Both the position numbers and the translations under genes were made by a program. From Alphaproteobacteria bacterium (GTDB lineage: Bacteria > Pseudomonadota > Alphaproteobacteria > UBA828): a stretch of 64,000 nt of DNA. A model generated the notes under the pieces. It made no database searches and had not been told where the DNA came from. It was given only the letters and a program-made list of their open reading frames with translations. Positions within the stretch are counted from its first letter, which is position 1. Every line of letters starts with the position of its first letter. This document shows positions 39,962-49,506 of this stretch, in pieces. The stretch spans positions 448,001 to 512,000 of the forward strand of contig CAXXVO010000004.1 of assembly GCA_963422645.2 (NCBI GenBank). The letters are read 5' to 3'.

Positions 39962-40200
39962 TTTTGTCGCTCACGGCAGTCGGCCTGCGGCCGGCGCCTC
40001 CGCGAGGGCGCCGCTAACGCGGCGGGCCGCGGTCGCGGCCTGTCGCGCGTCCGTCAAAGACGGACACGCTCTAGAACGCGCGGCGCAATTCCGCCACCAC
40101 CCTTCGATTGCAGCCGTGGCACGCTTGGCCCGCGTTTGGTTTCCGATCTGGGGCGCGGTATAAACGCGCGCAGGAACCGGATGGCTAGGGAGGTCATGCC

Positions 40201-41241
40201 ATGAGACACGGCGATATCGTCAGCAGCCCGGATACCGTGGGATGCGCGGTCTTTCAGTACAAGATGCCGCGCCTGCACACGCGCCAGGAGGTGATCGACA
40301 ACTGCAAGAAGATCGGCGACATGATCGTCGGCGCGAAGGTCGGGCTGCCGGGGATGGATCTCGCGATCTTCCCGGAATACAGCACGCACGGGATCATGTA
40401 CGACCGCCAGGAGATGTTCGACACGGCGTCCGAGATCCCGGGGCCTGAGACCGACATCTTCGCCGAGGCCTGCCGCGAGGCGAACACCTGGGGCGTTTTC
40501 TCGCTCACCGGCGAGAGGCACCCGGATCACCCCAACAAGAACCCCTACAACACCCTCATCCTGATGAACAACGAGGGCGATATCGTTCAGAAGTACCGGA
40601 AGATCCTGCCCTGGTGTCCGATTGAGGGCTGGTATCCCGGCAACAACACCTATGTGAGCACCGGGCCCAAGGGGATGAAGATCAGCCTCATCATCTGCGA
40701 TGACGGCAACTATCCCGAGATCTGGCGCGACTGCGCGGTCAAGGGTGCCGAGCTGATCGTCCGCTGCCAGGGCTACATGTACCCGGCGAAGGACCAGCAG
40801 ATCATGATGGCGAAGGCCATGGCCTGGTCCAACTGCTGTTATGTGGCGGTGGCCAACGCCGCCGGTAACGACGGGGTCTACACCTATTTCGGCCACTCGG
40901 CGATCGTCGGCTTCGACGGCCGCACCCTCGGCGAGTGCGGCGAGGAGGAGTACGGCATCCAGTACGCGCAGCTCTCCGTCTCGCAGATCCGCGATTCCCG
41001 CGCCAACGATCAGGCGCAGAACCACCTCTTCAAGCTGATGCACCGGGGCTACACGGGCGTCTATGCCTCGGGCGACGGCGACAAGGGCGTGGCCGAGTGC
41101 CCCTTCGACTTCTACCGCACCTGGGTCGAGGACCCGCGCCGGGCGCAGCAGATGGTCGAGGCAATCACCCGCGACTCCATCGGTGTCACGGGCTGCCCCG
41201 TCGACGGTATTCCCCAGCCGCAGAAGATGGCGGCGGAGTAG
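40201..41241 (+). CDS. amiE: Aliphatic amidase (nitrilase superfamily)
   Basis: [52 protein letters not shown]. Confidence 0.96.
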   Translation: MRHGDIVSSPDTVGCAVFQYKMPRLHTRQEVIDNCKKIGDMIVGAKVGLPGMDLAIFPEYSTHGIMYDRQEMFDTASEIPGPETDIFAEACREANTWGVFSLTGERHPDHPNKNPYNTLILMNNEGDIVQKYRKILPWCPIEGWYPGNNTYVSTGPKGMKISLIICDDGNYPEIWRDCAVKGAELIVRCQGYMYPAKDQQIMMAKAMAWSNCCYVAVANAAGNDGVYTYFGHSAIVGFDGRTLGECGEEEYGIQYAQLSVSQIRDSRANDQAQNHLFKLMHRGYTGVYASGDGDKGVAECPFDFYRTWVEDPRRAQQMVEAITRDSIGVTGCPVDGIPQPQKMAAE

Positions 41242-41280
41242 GGGAGCGAGCCCCGCTTCAGGCTCTCTGAAGCACTTCAG

Positions 41281-41315
41281 GACCCCGGCGCCCAGGACTG
41301 CGGGCGCCGGGGTTT
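41281..41315 (+). terminator. Probable intrinsic terminator after amiE
   Basis: ACCCCGGCGCCC-loop-GGGCGCCGGGGT followed by a short T-run. Confidence 0.55.
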
Positions 41316-41387
41316 GTCGTTCCAGTGGGCCGGGAGAAGGACCTGCGTTCCAAGCGGGTCGATGGCAACACCGCCTTGGGCTGAATC

Positions 41388-42419
41388 ATGCAATCGCGGC
41401 GCCTGGTACAGATCGTCGGCTGCCATGCGGAAGGCGAGGTGGGCGATGTCATCGTCGGCGGGGTCGCGCCTCCGCCCGGCGACACGCTCTGGGAGCAATC
41501 CCGCTTCATTGCCCGCGATCAGTCGCTCCGCCGCTTCGTATTGAACGAGCCCCGCGGCGGGGTCTTCCGCCACGTCAACTTGCTGGTGCCGCCCAAGGAC
41601 CCTCGGGCCGACATGGGCTTCATCATCATGGAGCCCGAGGACACCCCGCCCATGTCGGGCTCGAATAGCCTTTGCGTGGCCACCGTGCTGCTGGAGACCG
41701 GCATCCTGCCCATGGCCGAGCCCGAGACGGTGATGACCCTCGAAGCCCCCGGCGGTCTCATCCGGGTGCACGCCACCTGCAGCGAGGGGAGGGTCGACTC
41801 CGTCCGCGTCCACAACGTGGCGTCCTTTGCCGCGCGGCTCGGGGCGAGCCTAGAGGTGGAGGGGCTCGGCACGCTCGCCGCCGACACCGCCTACGGCGGC
41901 GACAGCTTCGTGCTGGTGGACTCCGAGGCGCTCGGCTTCGCGCTCAGCCCCGACGAGGCGCGGGACATTGTCGAGACGGGCATCCGGATTACCCGTGCCG
42001 CCAACGAGCAGCTCGGCTTCACCCATCCCGAAAATCCCGACTGGCGCCATATTTCGTTCTGCCAGATCGCCGCGCCGATCCGGGACATCGATGGCGTGGC
42101 GACCGGTCGCAACGCGGTGGTGATCCGCCCGGGCAAGATCGACCGCAGCCCGACGGGCACCGGCTGCTCTGCGCGCATGGCGGTGCTGCACGCGCGGGGC
42201 GAACTCGGGGTCGGCGAGCGTTTTCGGGGCGTATCGATCATCGATTCCGTCTTCGACTGCCGCATCGAGGGGGAAACGACGTTGGGCAGGCGCCCGGCGA
42301 TCCTCCCCTCGGTCTCCGGCCGCGCCTGGCTGACCGGGACGACCCAGCTTCATCTCGACCCGCAAGACCCCTGGCCGGAGGGCTACCGGCTCAGCGACAC
42401 CTGGCGGCCGGGAGCGTAG
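41388..42419 (+). CDS. Proline racemase superfamily protein, Ser/Thr catalytic pair
   Basis: [23 protein letters not shown]. Confidence 0.9.
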   Translation: MQSRRLVQIVGCHAEGEVGDVIVGGVAPPPGDTLWEQSRFIARDQSLRRFVLNEPRGGVFRHVNLLVPPKDPRADMGFIIMEPEDTPPMSGSNSLCVATVLLETGILPMAEPETVMTLEAPGGLIRVHATCSEGRVDSVRVHNVASFAARLGASLEVEGLGTLAADTAYGGDSFVLVDSEALGFALSPDEARDIVETGIRITRAANEQLGFTHPENPDWRHISFCQIAAPIRDIDGVATGRNAVVIRPGKIDRSPTGTGCSARMAVLHARGELGVGERFRGVSIIDSVFDCRIEGETTLGRRPAILPSVSGRAWLTGTTQLHLDPQDPWPEGYRLSDTWRPGA

Positions 42420-42503
42420 AAGGGGGGGGCTCGGCCCGCACTGCGTGCGAGGCAGCGACCCAACGCCGAGCGGGTATGACCCCCCGTTCGCTCGAACGGT
42501 GCC

Positions 42504-43280
42504 TTAGTGCACCAGCGTGCTCGCGGGCTGCACGGCGACCTGCATGCGCTCGAGCGTCGTTCGCACCGCGCTGACCACTTCGGTTGCGTTGGGGCCGTCG
42601 CCGTGGAGCAGGATCGCCTGCGCCTCGAACTCGAGGTCGGTGTCGTCCACCGTGCGCAGCTTGCTTTCCTCGACGAAGCGTTGGACCCGGTCGGCGATAT
42701 AAGCGGGGTCTCTGGCCTGCTTCACCCGCTCCACGATCAGCGAGCCGTCGGCGCGGTAGTCCAGGTCGATGCAGATTTCGTGGATGATGGGAATCCCTTC
42801 GCGCCCGGCGATTTCGTAGAAGCGGTGCCGCTCCAGCGGGGTCGGCCAGTAGAGCACCCAGGGCTCGCCCACGCTGTTGATCGCATCGACCATGGCGCCG
42901 CCGATCTTCTCGTCCCGCGCCAGCATCGGGTAGAGCGCGCCGTGAGGGACCAAGTGGTCGATGGTGGCCCCAACCGATGACGCGATCTGACGCAGCGCCC
43001 CGATCTGGTAGAGCGTGAGGCAGCGCGCCTCATCCGTGGAGATCTTCATCTCGCGCCGGCCGAAGCCGTTGACGTCCGGAAGACCCCAGTGCACGCCGAC
43101 GGCGACGTCGTTTTCCTTGGCGAGCGTCACCGTGCGCTCCATGTGCACCGGATCGCCCGCATGAAAGCCGCAGGCCACGTTGACCGAAGAGAGATGTGGG
43201 ATGATCTCGGCGTCGGCACCGAAGGAGTAGTTGCCGAAGCTCTCACCCACGTCGCTGTTGATGTCCATCGCTCGCTGCAT
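42504..43280 (-). CDS. pxpA: 5-oxoprolinase subunit A-like (LamB/YcsF)
   Basis: DINSDVGESFG, NVACGFHAGDP, PHGALY, HGDGP. Confidence 0.88.
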   Translation of the reverse strand: MQRAMDINSDVGESFGNYSFGADAEIIPHLSSVNVACGFHAGDPVHMERTVTLAKENDVAVGVHWGLPDVNGFGRREMKISTDEARCLTLYQIGALRQIASSVGATIDHLVPHGALYPMLARDEKIGGAMVDAINSVGEPWVLYWPTPLERHRFYEIAGREGIPIIHEICIDLDYRADGSLIVERVKQARDPAYIADRVQRFVEESKLRTVDDTDLEFEAQAILLHGDGPNATEVVSAVRTTLERMQVAVQPASTLVH

Positions 43281-43305
43281 GTCATGTCCCCTGCGTTGCT
43301 CTTCG

Positions 43306-44319
43306 TCAGATGATGATGTCCGGGTCCGCGATCAGCGTTTCCTGCGCGGCGAGAGCCGCCACCGCGTCCTCGTGAGAGATGCGGGAGAAGCGGGTCTCCT
43401 CGAAGGGGCGGACCTGCCCGATGCGCGCCATGTCGGTGGAGATCACGACGGCGATCCGCGCATAGCCGCCGATGCTGGGCGAATCGACGCAGAGCACGAT
43501 CGGCTCGACCCCGGACGGCACCTGCACGGTGCCCACCGGCGCACCGGGATCGATCACGATGTTGGAGGGGTCCTTGCCCGCGTCCTCGATCAGGTAGTGC
43601 GGGCGTCCCGACTTGAAGGAGAGCTCCGGGCCAATGAAGCGCATCCCCGTGCGGTCCGCCTTGGGGTTGAGCTTCCAGTGGGTGGCGTAGAAGGCCTCGA
43701 CGCTGTCGGCGGTGAAGTGATGCTCCTCGGGCCCGGCGACCGTGCGCACCTGCATGGGCGGCGCGTAGCGGGGCACCAGGTCCGGCCGCAGCCGGCGCCC
43801 GGCGAGGTCCGCCACCGCTGCCGTCGCCGCGCCCACCGGCAGGCGGTCGTCCCTTGCGAGCGGGCGCCCCTCCAGCCCGCCGAAGCCGCCGCTGACATGG
43901 GTGGCGCGGCTGCCCCGGTAGGGCGGCACGTCGATGCCGCCGTGGACCGCGAGGTAGGCCCGCGCGCCGCTCAGCGCGAGGCCGCAGGCGAGCGTCTGGC
44001 CCTCGCGCAGCACGAAGCTCGCCCAGCAGGGTACCGCCTCGCCGTCCACCGTCGCGCCCGTGTCCGCGCCGGTGAGAGCCAGCACGTGGTCCTGAAGGGC
44101 CCTGAGCTTCAGCCGGCCGAGAGTCAGCTCCAGCCCTGCCGCGCCGGGGTCGTCGCGTATCAGCAGTGGCCCTCCCGGCGGGTTGCCGACGAGCAGATTG
44201 GCGATCCTGAGGGCGAAGCCGTCCTGAGCGCCGGAGGGAGGAATACCCAGAGCCTGGCCGCCGCGGCGCCCCATGTCCTGGACCGTGGTGCGCAGGCCGC
44301 CGTCGATGACCTCCAGCAT
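43306..44319 (-). CDS. pxpC: 5-oxoprolinase subunit C-like (carboxyltransferase/AHS2)
   Basis: TTVQDMGR, ANLLVGN, GSRAT, DRTGMR, GGYARI. Confidence 0.88.
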   Translation of the reverse strand: MLEVIDGGLRTTVQDMGRRGGQALGIPPSGAQDGFALRIANLLVGNPPGGPLLIRDDPGAAGLELTLGRLKLRALQDHVLALTGADTGATVDGEAVPCWASFVLREGQTLACGLALSGARAYLAVHGGIDVPPYRGSRATHVSGGFGGLEGRPLARDDRLPVGAATAAVADLAGRRLRPDLVPRYAPPMQVRTVAGPEEHHFTADSVEAFYATHWKLNPKADRTGMRFIGPELSFKSGRPHYLIEDAGKDPSNIVIDPGAPVGTVQVPSGVEPIVLCVDSPSIGGYARIAVVISTDMARIGQVRPFEETRFSRISHEDAVAALAAQETLIADPDIII

Positions 44320-45191
44320 CAGACCGGCTCCCACAGGCTATCGGGGTCGTGCCTCTCCGCCGGCTCCCCGATCTCGGCGAGCCACGACACATAGCCTGCG
44401 CAGTCAAAGGTGCCCTCCTCGACCCGGTACGCGTAGGTGCCGGCCTCCACCTCGGCGCGGATCGCGTCGTATTCCTCGCGCGCGATCGATTCGTAGCGGT
44501 GCCGGTCGCCGGCGCGGGCGAGCACCGGACCGTCGGCGAAGGCCGGGCTGAGCTCCCTGAGATCGAAGATTTCGATGGGCGTGCGGCCGAAGAGCTGCCC
44601 GCCGCCCGGTATCCGGATCGGATAGATGGTGGACGTGAGCCCCCCGAAATTAAGCAGCCTGGCATGGGTCCAGGTGCGGGGGGTGCGGTAGAGCGGCGCG
44701 CCGAAGCGCTTCCCGGGATCCATGGCGTAAGACATGAAGGCGCCGGGGACGAAGCCCACGCCGGTGACCCAGTAGTCGCAGCCGGTGTGGGTCTCGATCA
44801 CCTGCGCCACTGTCATGTCGTTGAACTCGGCGATGTACTCGATGTTGTTGCGCACGCCGAAGGCCTCGGCGCACTCGCGCGACCAGGGGTCGTCGTAGAG
44901 CGCCGGGATGATCACGCGCCGGCTCGGCAGCGTCTCCACCGTGTCCTGGGCGGCGATCAGTGCTTTCACGTGGGCGACGATATGGTCTCGGGTGGTTGCG
45001 AGCGGGTCGAAGACGAGGCCGAGGGTGCGTACCTGCGGATTGGTCTCGACCAGCCCCTTCGGTGCTTCCTCGCGGAGCGCGTGGTCCAGCGCGAGGATGC
45101 GGAAGTTGAGGGGAATGCTCGATTCGTCGCCGAACTCGACATTGATCGCGGTGTCGCCCAGTGTTTTGAAGACCGGCTCGTCGTAGACCAT
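44319..45191 (-). CDS. pxpB: 5-oxoprolinase subunit B-like (AHS1, long form)
   Basis: LGDTAINVEFG, YDDPW, GFVPG, PGGGQLFGRTP. Confidence 0.85.
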   Translation of the reverse strand: MVYDEPVFKTLGDTAINVEFGDESSIPLNFRILALDHALREEAPKGLVETNPQVRTLGLVFDPLATTRDHIVAHVKALIAAQDTVETLPSRRVIIPALYDDPWSRECAEAFGVRNNIEYIAEFNDMTVAQVIETHTGCDYWVTGVGFVPGAFMSYAMDPGKRFGAPLYRTPRTWTHARLLNFGGLTSTIYPIRIPGGGQLFGRTPIEIFDLRELSPAFADGPVLARAGDRHRYESIAREEYDAIRAEVEAGTYAYRVEEGTFDCAGYVSWLAEIGEPAERHDPDSLWEPV

Positions 45192-45366
45192 CTCACCCCG
45201 CCCATCCCACCCTGCCATCATGGGCACCCTGCGGGCTGCGTCAAACTGCCGGCACCGGCGGGGTTCGTGGGACTTCCCGTTGAAGTATGACCAACAATGT
45301 TGTACATACTTGGCGGGAAGGGGCGTGCATGGTGTTCGTCGCTGCCGCAAATCGGGGAACAGGGTC

Positions 45367-45648
45367 ATGCCGACCAAGGTCTTCAAGGTTGCCGAAGCCC
45401 GTGCCAGCTTCTCGAGCCTCCTGGCGCGCGCCAAGGAAGGCGAGGAGATCATGATCACCAAGGGTAGCAAACCGCAGGCGCGCATAGTGCCGCCGGCCGA
45501 GGTCGGGCAGCGGGAAGCCGCGCCGCTCAAGCACCTCAATCTGCCCGACGATCTCTTCGACCGCGAGGATCAGGAGCAGGCCATGATCGACGCTGGTAGC
45601 TACAGCGATACCCTCGGCATTTGGCGCGGCCCGCCGAAGGCTTCGTGA
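45367..45648 (+). CDS. Phd/YefM family antitoxin
   Basis: VAEARASFSSLLARAKEGEEIMITKGSKPQARIVP. Confidence 0.88.
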   Translation: MPTKVFKVAEARASFSSLLARAKEGEEIMITKGSKPQARIVPPAEVGQREAAPLKHLNLPDDLFDREDQEQAMIDAGSYSDTLGIWRGPPKAS

Positions 45649-46022
45649 GACTGCTTCTCGATAGTCATGCCCTCTACTGGTGGGTCGCGGGCAGTCCGCG
45701 ACTGTCCGCGTCCGCCAGGGAGCTGATCCTGGATCGCGAGAACGCCCTGTTCATTAGCGCGGTTTCGATCTATGAGCTCGAGTGGAAGGCGCATCGCAGC
45801 CGCATCGCCCTGCCGCCGCAGGAGCTGCGGGCGGCGCTCAGGCGCAACGATGTCGAGGATCTTCCCATCACGCACGACCATGCCGAGTATGCGGCCCAGC
45901 TCGATTGGGATCACCGCGATCCGTGGAACCGCCTGCTCGCGGCCCAGACACGGCTGGAGAATTGCGCGCTGGTCTCGGTCGACGAGGTCTTCGACGCCAT
46001 CGGCGTCAATCGGCGGTGGTGA
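45645..46022 (+). CDS. vapC: VapC (PIN domain) toxin
   Basis: LLLDSH, SAVSIYE, HRDPWNR, VSVD; GTGA overlap with the antitoxin. Confidence 0.88.
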   Translation: MRLLLDSHALYWWVAGSPRLSASARELILDRENALFISAVSIYELEWKAHRSRIALPPQELRAALRRNDVEDLPITHDHAEYAAQLDWDHRDPWNRLLAAQTRLENCALVSVDEVFDAIGVNRRW

Positions 46023-46075
46023 GGGGCGCTTCGTGCGCCTCGAAACTTACCGGGAAAGCAGTCAGTGAGCGGAAC

Positions 46076-46324
46076 ATGATTTGGGTCAACGTGACCGAGG
46101 CCAAGGCTCACCTCTCGCGTTTTCTCAAGCGCGTTGAACAGGGCGAAACGGTCGTCGTGTGCCGGCGCAACGTGCCGATCGCCGAAATTCGCTCGCTCCC
46201 CAAGCCGGCAAGCGAACCGCGCCCGGTCGGCATTGATCGCGGCATGACCATCCCGACTGCCTTCTTCGAACCGCTCCCCGATGAGCTGTTGGCGGCGTTC
46301 GAAGGCGGTGGCGAAGCTGAGTGA
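46076..46324 (+). CDS. Phd/YefM family antitoxin (orphan)
   Basis: VNVTEAKAHLSRFLKRVEQGETVVVCRRNVPIAEI...FFEPLPDELLAAF. Confidence 0.85.
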   Translation: MIWVNVTEAKAHLSRFLKRVEQGETVVVCRRNVPIAEIRSLPKPASEPRPVGIDRGMTIPTAFFEPLPDELLAAFEGGGEAE

Positions 46325-46337
46325 GTCTTTTTCTGTA

Positions 46338-46709
46338 TCAATGACCTTTCTTGCGCCCGGCGGGTGGCCAGGACTCGCCGCTGCCGGCCGTGGCAGGAGC
46401 AGTTTCAGCGTCGATCCAGGCGAGGTAGTCGGGATTGCCGCCTGTGATCGGGAGCGCGATCACGCAGGGGCAGGCGTAGCTGTGCAGCGCCTTGACCTTG
46501 GCTGTGAGCCGCTCGACGAGGCCGGCACGGGTCTTCGCCCAGAGCATCGCTTCGTCGCCTTCGCGCAGCGCGCCCTCCCACCAGTAGAAGGATGACACGG
46601 CCGGCACGATGTTGACCGACGCCGCAAGGCGCGCTTCGACCAGGGCGCGGCCGATGGCCTCGGCTTCGCCCCGGCTCGGGGCGGTCACGCAGACGGCGAC
46701 GTGCGTCAT
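46338..46709 (-). CDS. cutA: Divalent-cation tolerance protein CutA
   Basis: LVEARLAASVNI, SFYWWEG, HSYACPCVIALPI, NPDYLAWI. Confidence 0.9.
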   Translation of the reverse strand: MTHVAVCVTAPSRGEAEAIGRALVEARLAASVNIVPAVSSFYWWEGALREGDEAMLWAKTRAGLVERLTAKVKALHSYACPCVIALPITGGNPDYLAWIDAETAPATAGSGESWPPAGRKKGH

Positions 46710-46794
46710 CCCTTTGCCCTCTCTCGGGTTTCGTACGGTCGCCCGACGATACAGCATGTTGCGCGTGGCGGATGAGAAGCAGCCTGGATGATGA

Positions 46795-48342
46795 TCACGT
46801 TGCCGACAGAAGATCGCTGGCCCGTTCGGCAATCGCGACGATGGCCGCGTTGACCGGGCCCGTGGTGAGGCTCGGAAGGATCGATGCGTCGACAATGCGG
46901 AGCCCCGGCACGCCGGTGACGGAAAGGTCGGGGCGGACCACGGCGTCGCGGTCCCTTCCCATCCTGCAGGTGCCGACGGGGTGGTGGTGCGTGAAGGCGG
47001 CCTGCTCGATGAACGCCAACCGCGTGTCCTCGCTCGCGAGATCGCCGGGCTCCGGCAGCAGCTCTTCGCCGCGCCACGGTGCGTAGGCATCCGCTCCGCC
47101 GAGGCGCCGCGCCCAGTCGAGCGCTTCGAGAAGGAGCGAGCGGTCCTCCGCTTCGCTGAGGTAGGCGGGATCGATGATCGGCTTCGCGTGCGAGTCTGCC
47201 GAAGCAATGGTCAGATGACCGCGGCTGCGCGGGTGCGTGATGCCGAACATCAAGGTGTAACCTTCACCGGGTGCGGGCACGCGAATGTTGGCCGCGAGAG
47301 ACTCCGAGACCACGGGAAGCGTGACGCACGCCACCACAAGATCCGGCGCGTCTTCGGGCGTCTGCGCGCCCGCGTGGATGTAGGTGAGCGCTTCGGAGTG
47401 TTGCGTCGTGGTGGGCGGAAGCGCCTCCCGGGCGCGATACAGATTGCCGGCGGCAAGCAGATGATCCTGCAGGTTCCGCCCCACGCCCGGCACGTCGCGC
47501 CGGACCGTGATGCCGAGTGCCTTCAGCGCAGCGCCCGGACCCAGACCGGAGCGCATCAGTAAGGCAGGCGTACCGATCACCCCTGCGGCCAGCACGACGG
47601 CGCGGGAAGCGTCAAAGCGGTGGGCCGTGCCGCCCTCCAAGGCATGAACCCCGGTTGCACGGCCGGCATCGTCGAAAGCAAGCCGGTCGACGAGCAACCC
47701 TCTCCGCAGAGCAAGGTTCGGCCGGGCACGGACGGCGTCGGTCAGGTAAGCATCGGCGACGCTCTGACGCCGACCGTCAACGATCGTCAGTGTATTGAGC
47801 GCAGGCCCCGCCAGCTCCGGCCCATTGTGGTCGCGGATCGGTCGGAGCCCAAGCTCGACCCCGGCCCTGCAGTGGGCCCGGCTGAGCGGGTGCGGCCTCG
47901 CAGGCTGGCAGAGCCGCACCGGGCCCTCTCCGCCGTAGCCGTCCTCAGGCGCGAAGGGCGACGTTTCCGAGCGAATGAAATAGGGCCGCAGGCTCGCCCA
48001 GTCCCACCCCGTCGCGCCTGCCTCGGCCCAGCGGTCGAAGTCTCGGGGATGGCCGCGGACGTGCCCCATCGCATGCATTGCGCTGGACCCGCCCACCGCG
48101 CGCCCTCGCGGCCAGGGGTGCGCGCGCCCCGCCGTGGAGCACTGCGGAACGGTCGTGTACTGCCAATCGATCTCGGAGCCTTGCAGGAGAGGCCAGGCGG
48201 CGGGATCGGCGATGTTGGGGTTCTCGGGCTCTTCGCCTGCTTCCAGCAACAGGACGCGGAGGTCCGGCCCTTCGCTAAGCCGTGCGGCGAGCACGCAGCC
48301 GGCCGAACCGGCTCCGACGATGACGATGTCCGCCTCGGTCAT
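46795..48342 (-). CDS. GMC flavoprotein oxidoreductase, pyridoxine 4-oxidase-like
   Basis: GAGSAG, GGSSAMHAMGH, NLQDH, THHHPVGTCRMG. Confidence 0.85.
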   Translation of the reverse strand: MTEADIVIVGAGSAGCVLAARLSEGPDLRVLLLEAGEEPENPNIADPAAWPLLQGSEIDWQYTTVPQCSTAGRAHPWPRGRAVGGSSAMHAMGHVRGHPRDFDRWAEAGATGWDWASLRPYFIRSETSPFAPEDGYGGEGPVRLCQPARPHPLSRAHCRAGVELGLRPIRDHNGPELAGPALNTLTIVDGRRQSVADAYLTDAVRARPNLALRRGLLVDRLAFDDAGRATGVHALEGGTAHRFDASRAVVLAAGVIGTPALLMRSGLGPGAALKALGITVRRDVPGVGRNLQDHLLAAGNLYRAREALPPTTTQHSEALTYIHAGAQTPEDAPDLVVACVTLPVVSESLAANIRVPAPGEGYTLMFGITHPRSRGHLTIASADSHAKPIIDPAYLSEAEDRSLLLEALDWARRLGGADAYAPWRGEELLPEPGDLASEDTRLAFIEQAAFTHHHPVGTCRMGRDRDAVVRPDLSVTGVPGLRIVDASILPSLTTGPVNAAIVAIAERASDLLSAT

Positions 48343-48480
48343 GCCTGCACCAAGAAACTCAATCCGGCCACGTCTTGTCTCGCGATCCACGCTGGCCCAA
48401 AAGAGTAGGTTTATCGCACACGGGCTGCACGATAAGAGAGGCCGTCAATCGCCACGCCGATACCCAAGGAGGAGAAGGTC

Positions 48481-49356
48481 ATGACCGATGCTGCCGCCTA
48501 CGAACCGCCACTTGTCTGGAAATGGGAACGCGAGAACGGCGGCGAGTTCGCCTCCATCAACCGACCCGTTTCAGGCGCGACGCATGAAGCGGAGCTGCCG
48601 CGCGGCAAGCATCCTCTCCAGCTCTATTCGCTCGCGACACCCAATGGCGTGAAGGTCACCGTCATGCTCGAGGAGCTGCTGGCGGCCGGGCACAGCGGGG
48701 CGGAGTACGACGCCTACGTCGTCGACATCCGGGACGGCTCCCAGTTCGGCTCGGGGTTCGTCGCGGTCAATCCGAACTCGAAGATTCCGACCCTGGTGGA
48801 TTACTCGCTGCCCGAGCCGACGCGGGTGTTCGAATCGGGTGCGATCCTGCTCTACCTGGCGGAGAAGCACGGCGCCTTTATCCCCGACGACCCGTCCGAG
48901 CGCGCCGAGTGCCTGTCATGGCTGTTCTGGCAGATGGGCTCCGCGCCCTATCTGGGCGGCGGCTTCGGTCATTTCTATGCCTATGCCCCTTACAAGATGG
49001 AGTATCCGATCGACCGCTTCACAATGGAGGTGAAGCGTCAGCTCGACGTCCTCGACAGGCGGCTGGCCGAGACCCGCTACGTGGCGGGAGATGCGTACAC
49101 GATCGCCGATATGGCGATCTGGCCGTGGTACGGCGTGCTGACCACCGGCAAGCTCTATGACGCGGCCGAGTTCCTCGCGGCGCAGGAGTATGGGAACGTC
49201 GTGCGCTGGTACGATGAGATCGCGGCGCGCGATGCGGTGATCCGCGGGCGCAAGGTCAACCGGATCAACGGCCCGCTGGAGGATCAGCTCCACGAGCGTC
49301 ACGACGCGTCCGACTTCGAGCTTCGGACGCAGGACAAGATCGAAGCGGCGAGTTAG
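48481..49356 (+). CDS. yghU: Glutathione-dependent disulfide-bond oxidoreductase (GST Nu class)
   Basis: SLATPNGVKV, NPNSKIP, FESGAIL, GGGFGHFYAYAP, HERHDASDF. Confidence 0.95.
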   Translation: MTDAAAYEPPLVWKWERENGGEFASINRPVSGATHEAELPRGKHPLQLYSLATPNGVKVTVMLEELLAAGHSGAEYDAYVVDIRDGSQFGSGFVAVNPNSKIPTLVDYSLPEPTRVFESGAILLYLAEKHGAFIPDDPSERAECLSWLFWQMGSAPYLGGGFGHFYAYAPYKMEYPIDRFTMEVKRQLDVLDRRLAETRYVAGDAYTIADMAIWPWYGVLTTGKLYDAAEFLAAQEYGNVVRWYDEIAARDAVIRGRKVNRINGPLEDQLHERHDASDFELRTQDKIEAAS

Positions 49357-49401
49357 ACGCCTGCTGTCGAAGTCCCCATTCCATAGAGCGTCACCACAGC
49401 A

Positions 49402-49487
49402 CGTCATGGCCGGGTTTGTCCCGGCCATCCACGTGTTTGCCCAGCGTGGGGCTGAGGGAGATGCCCGGAATAAATCCGGGCATGACG
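49402..49487. repeat. REP-like doublet palindrome, second copy
   Basis: CGTCATGGCCGGG...CCGGGCATGACG; inverted homologue of 7351-7445; between convergent genes. Confidence 0.8.
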
Positions 49488-49506
49488 AGTGAAGTGGCCG
49501 GACCGG

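Noticed and set aside
40117-40133. TGGCACG upstream of amiE as a sigma-54 promoter
   Set aside because: There is no TTGC/GC element at the -12 position.
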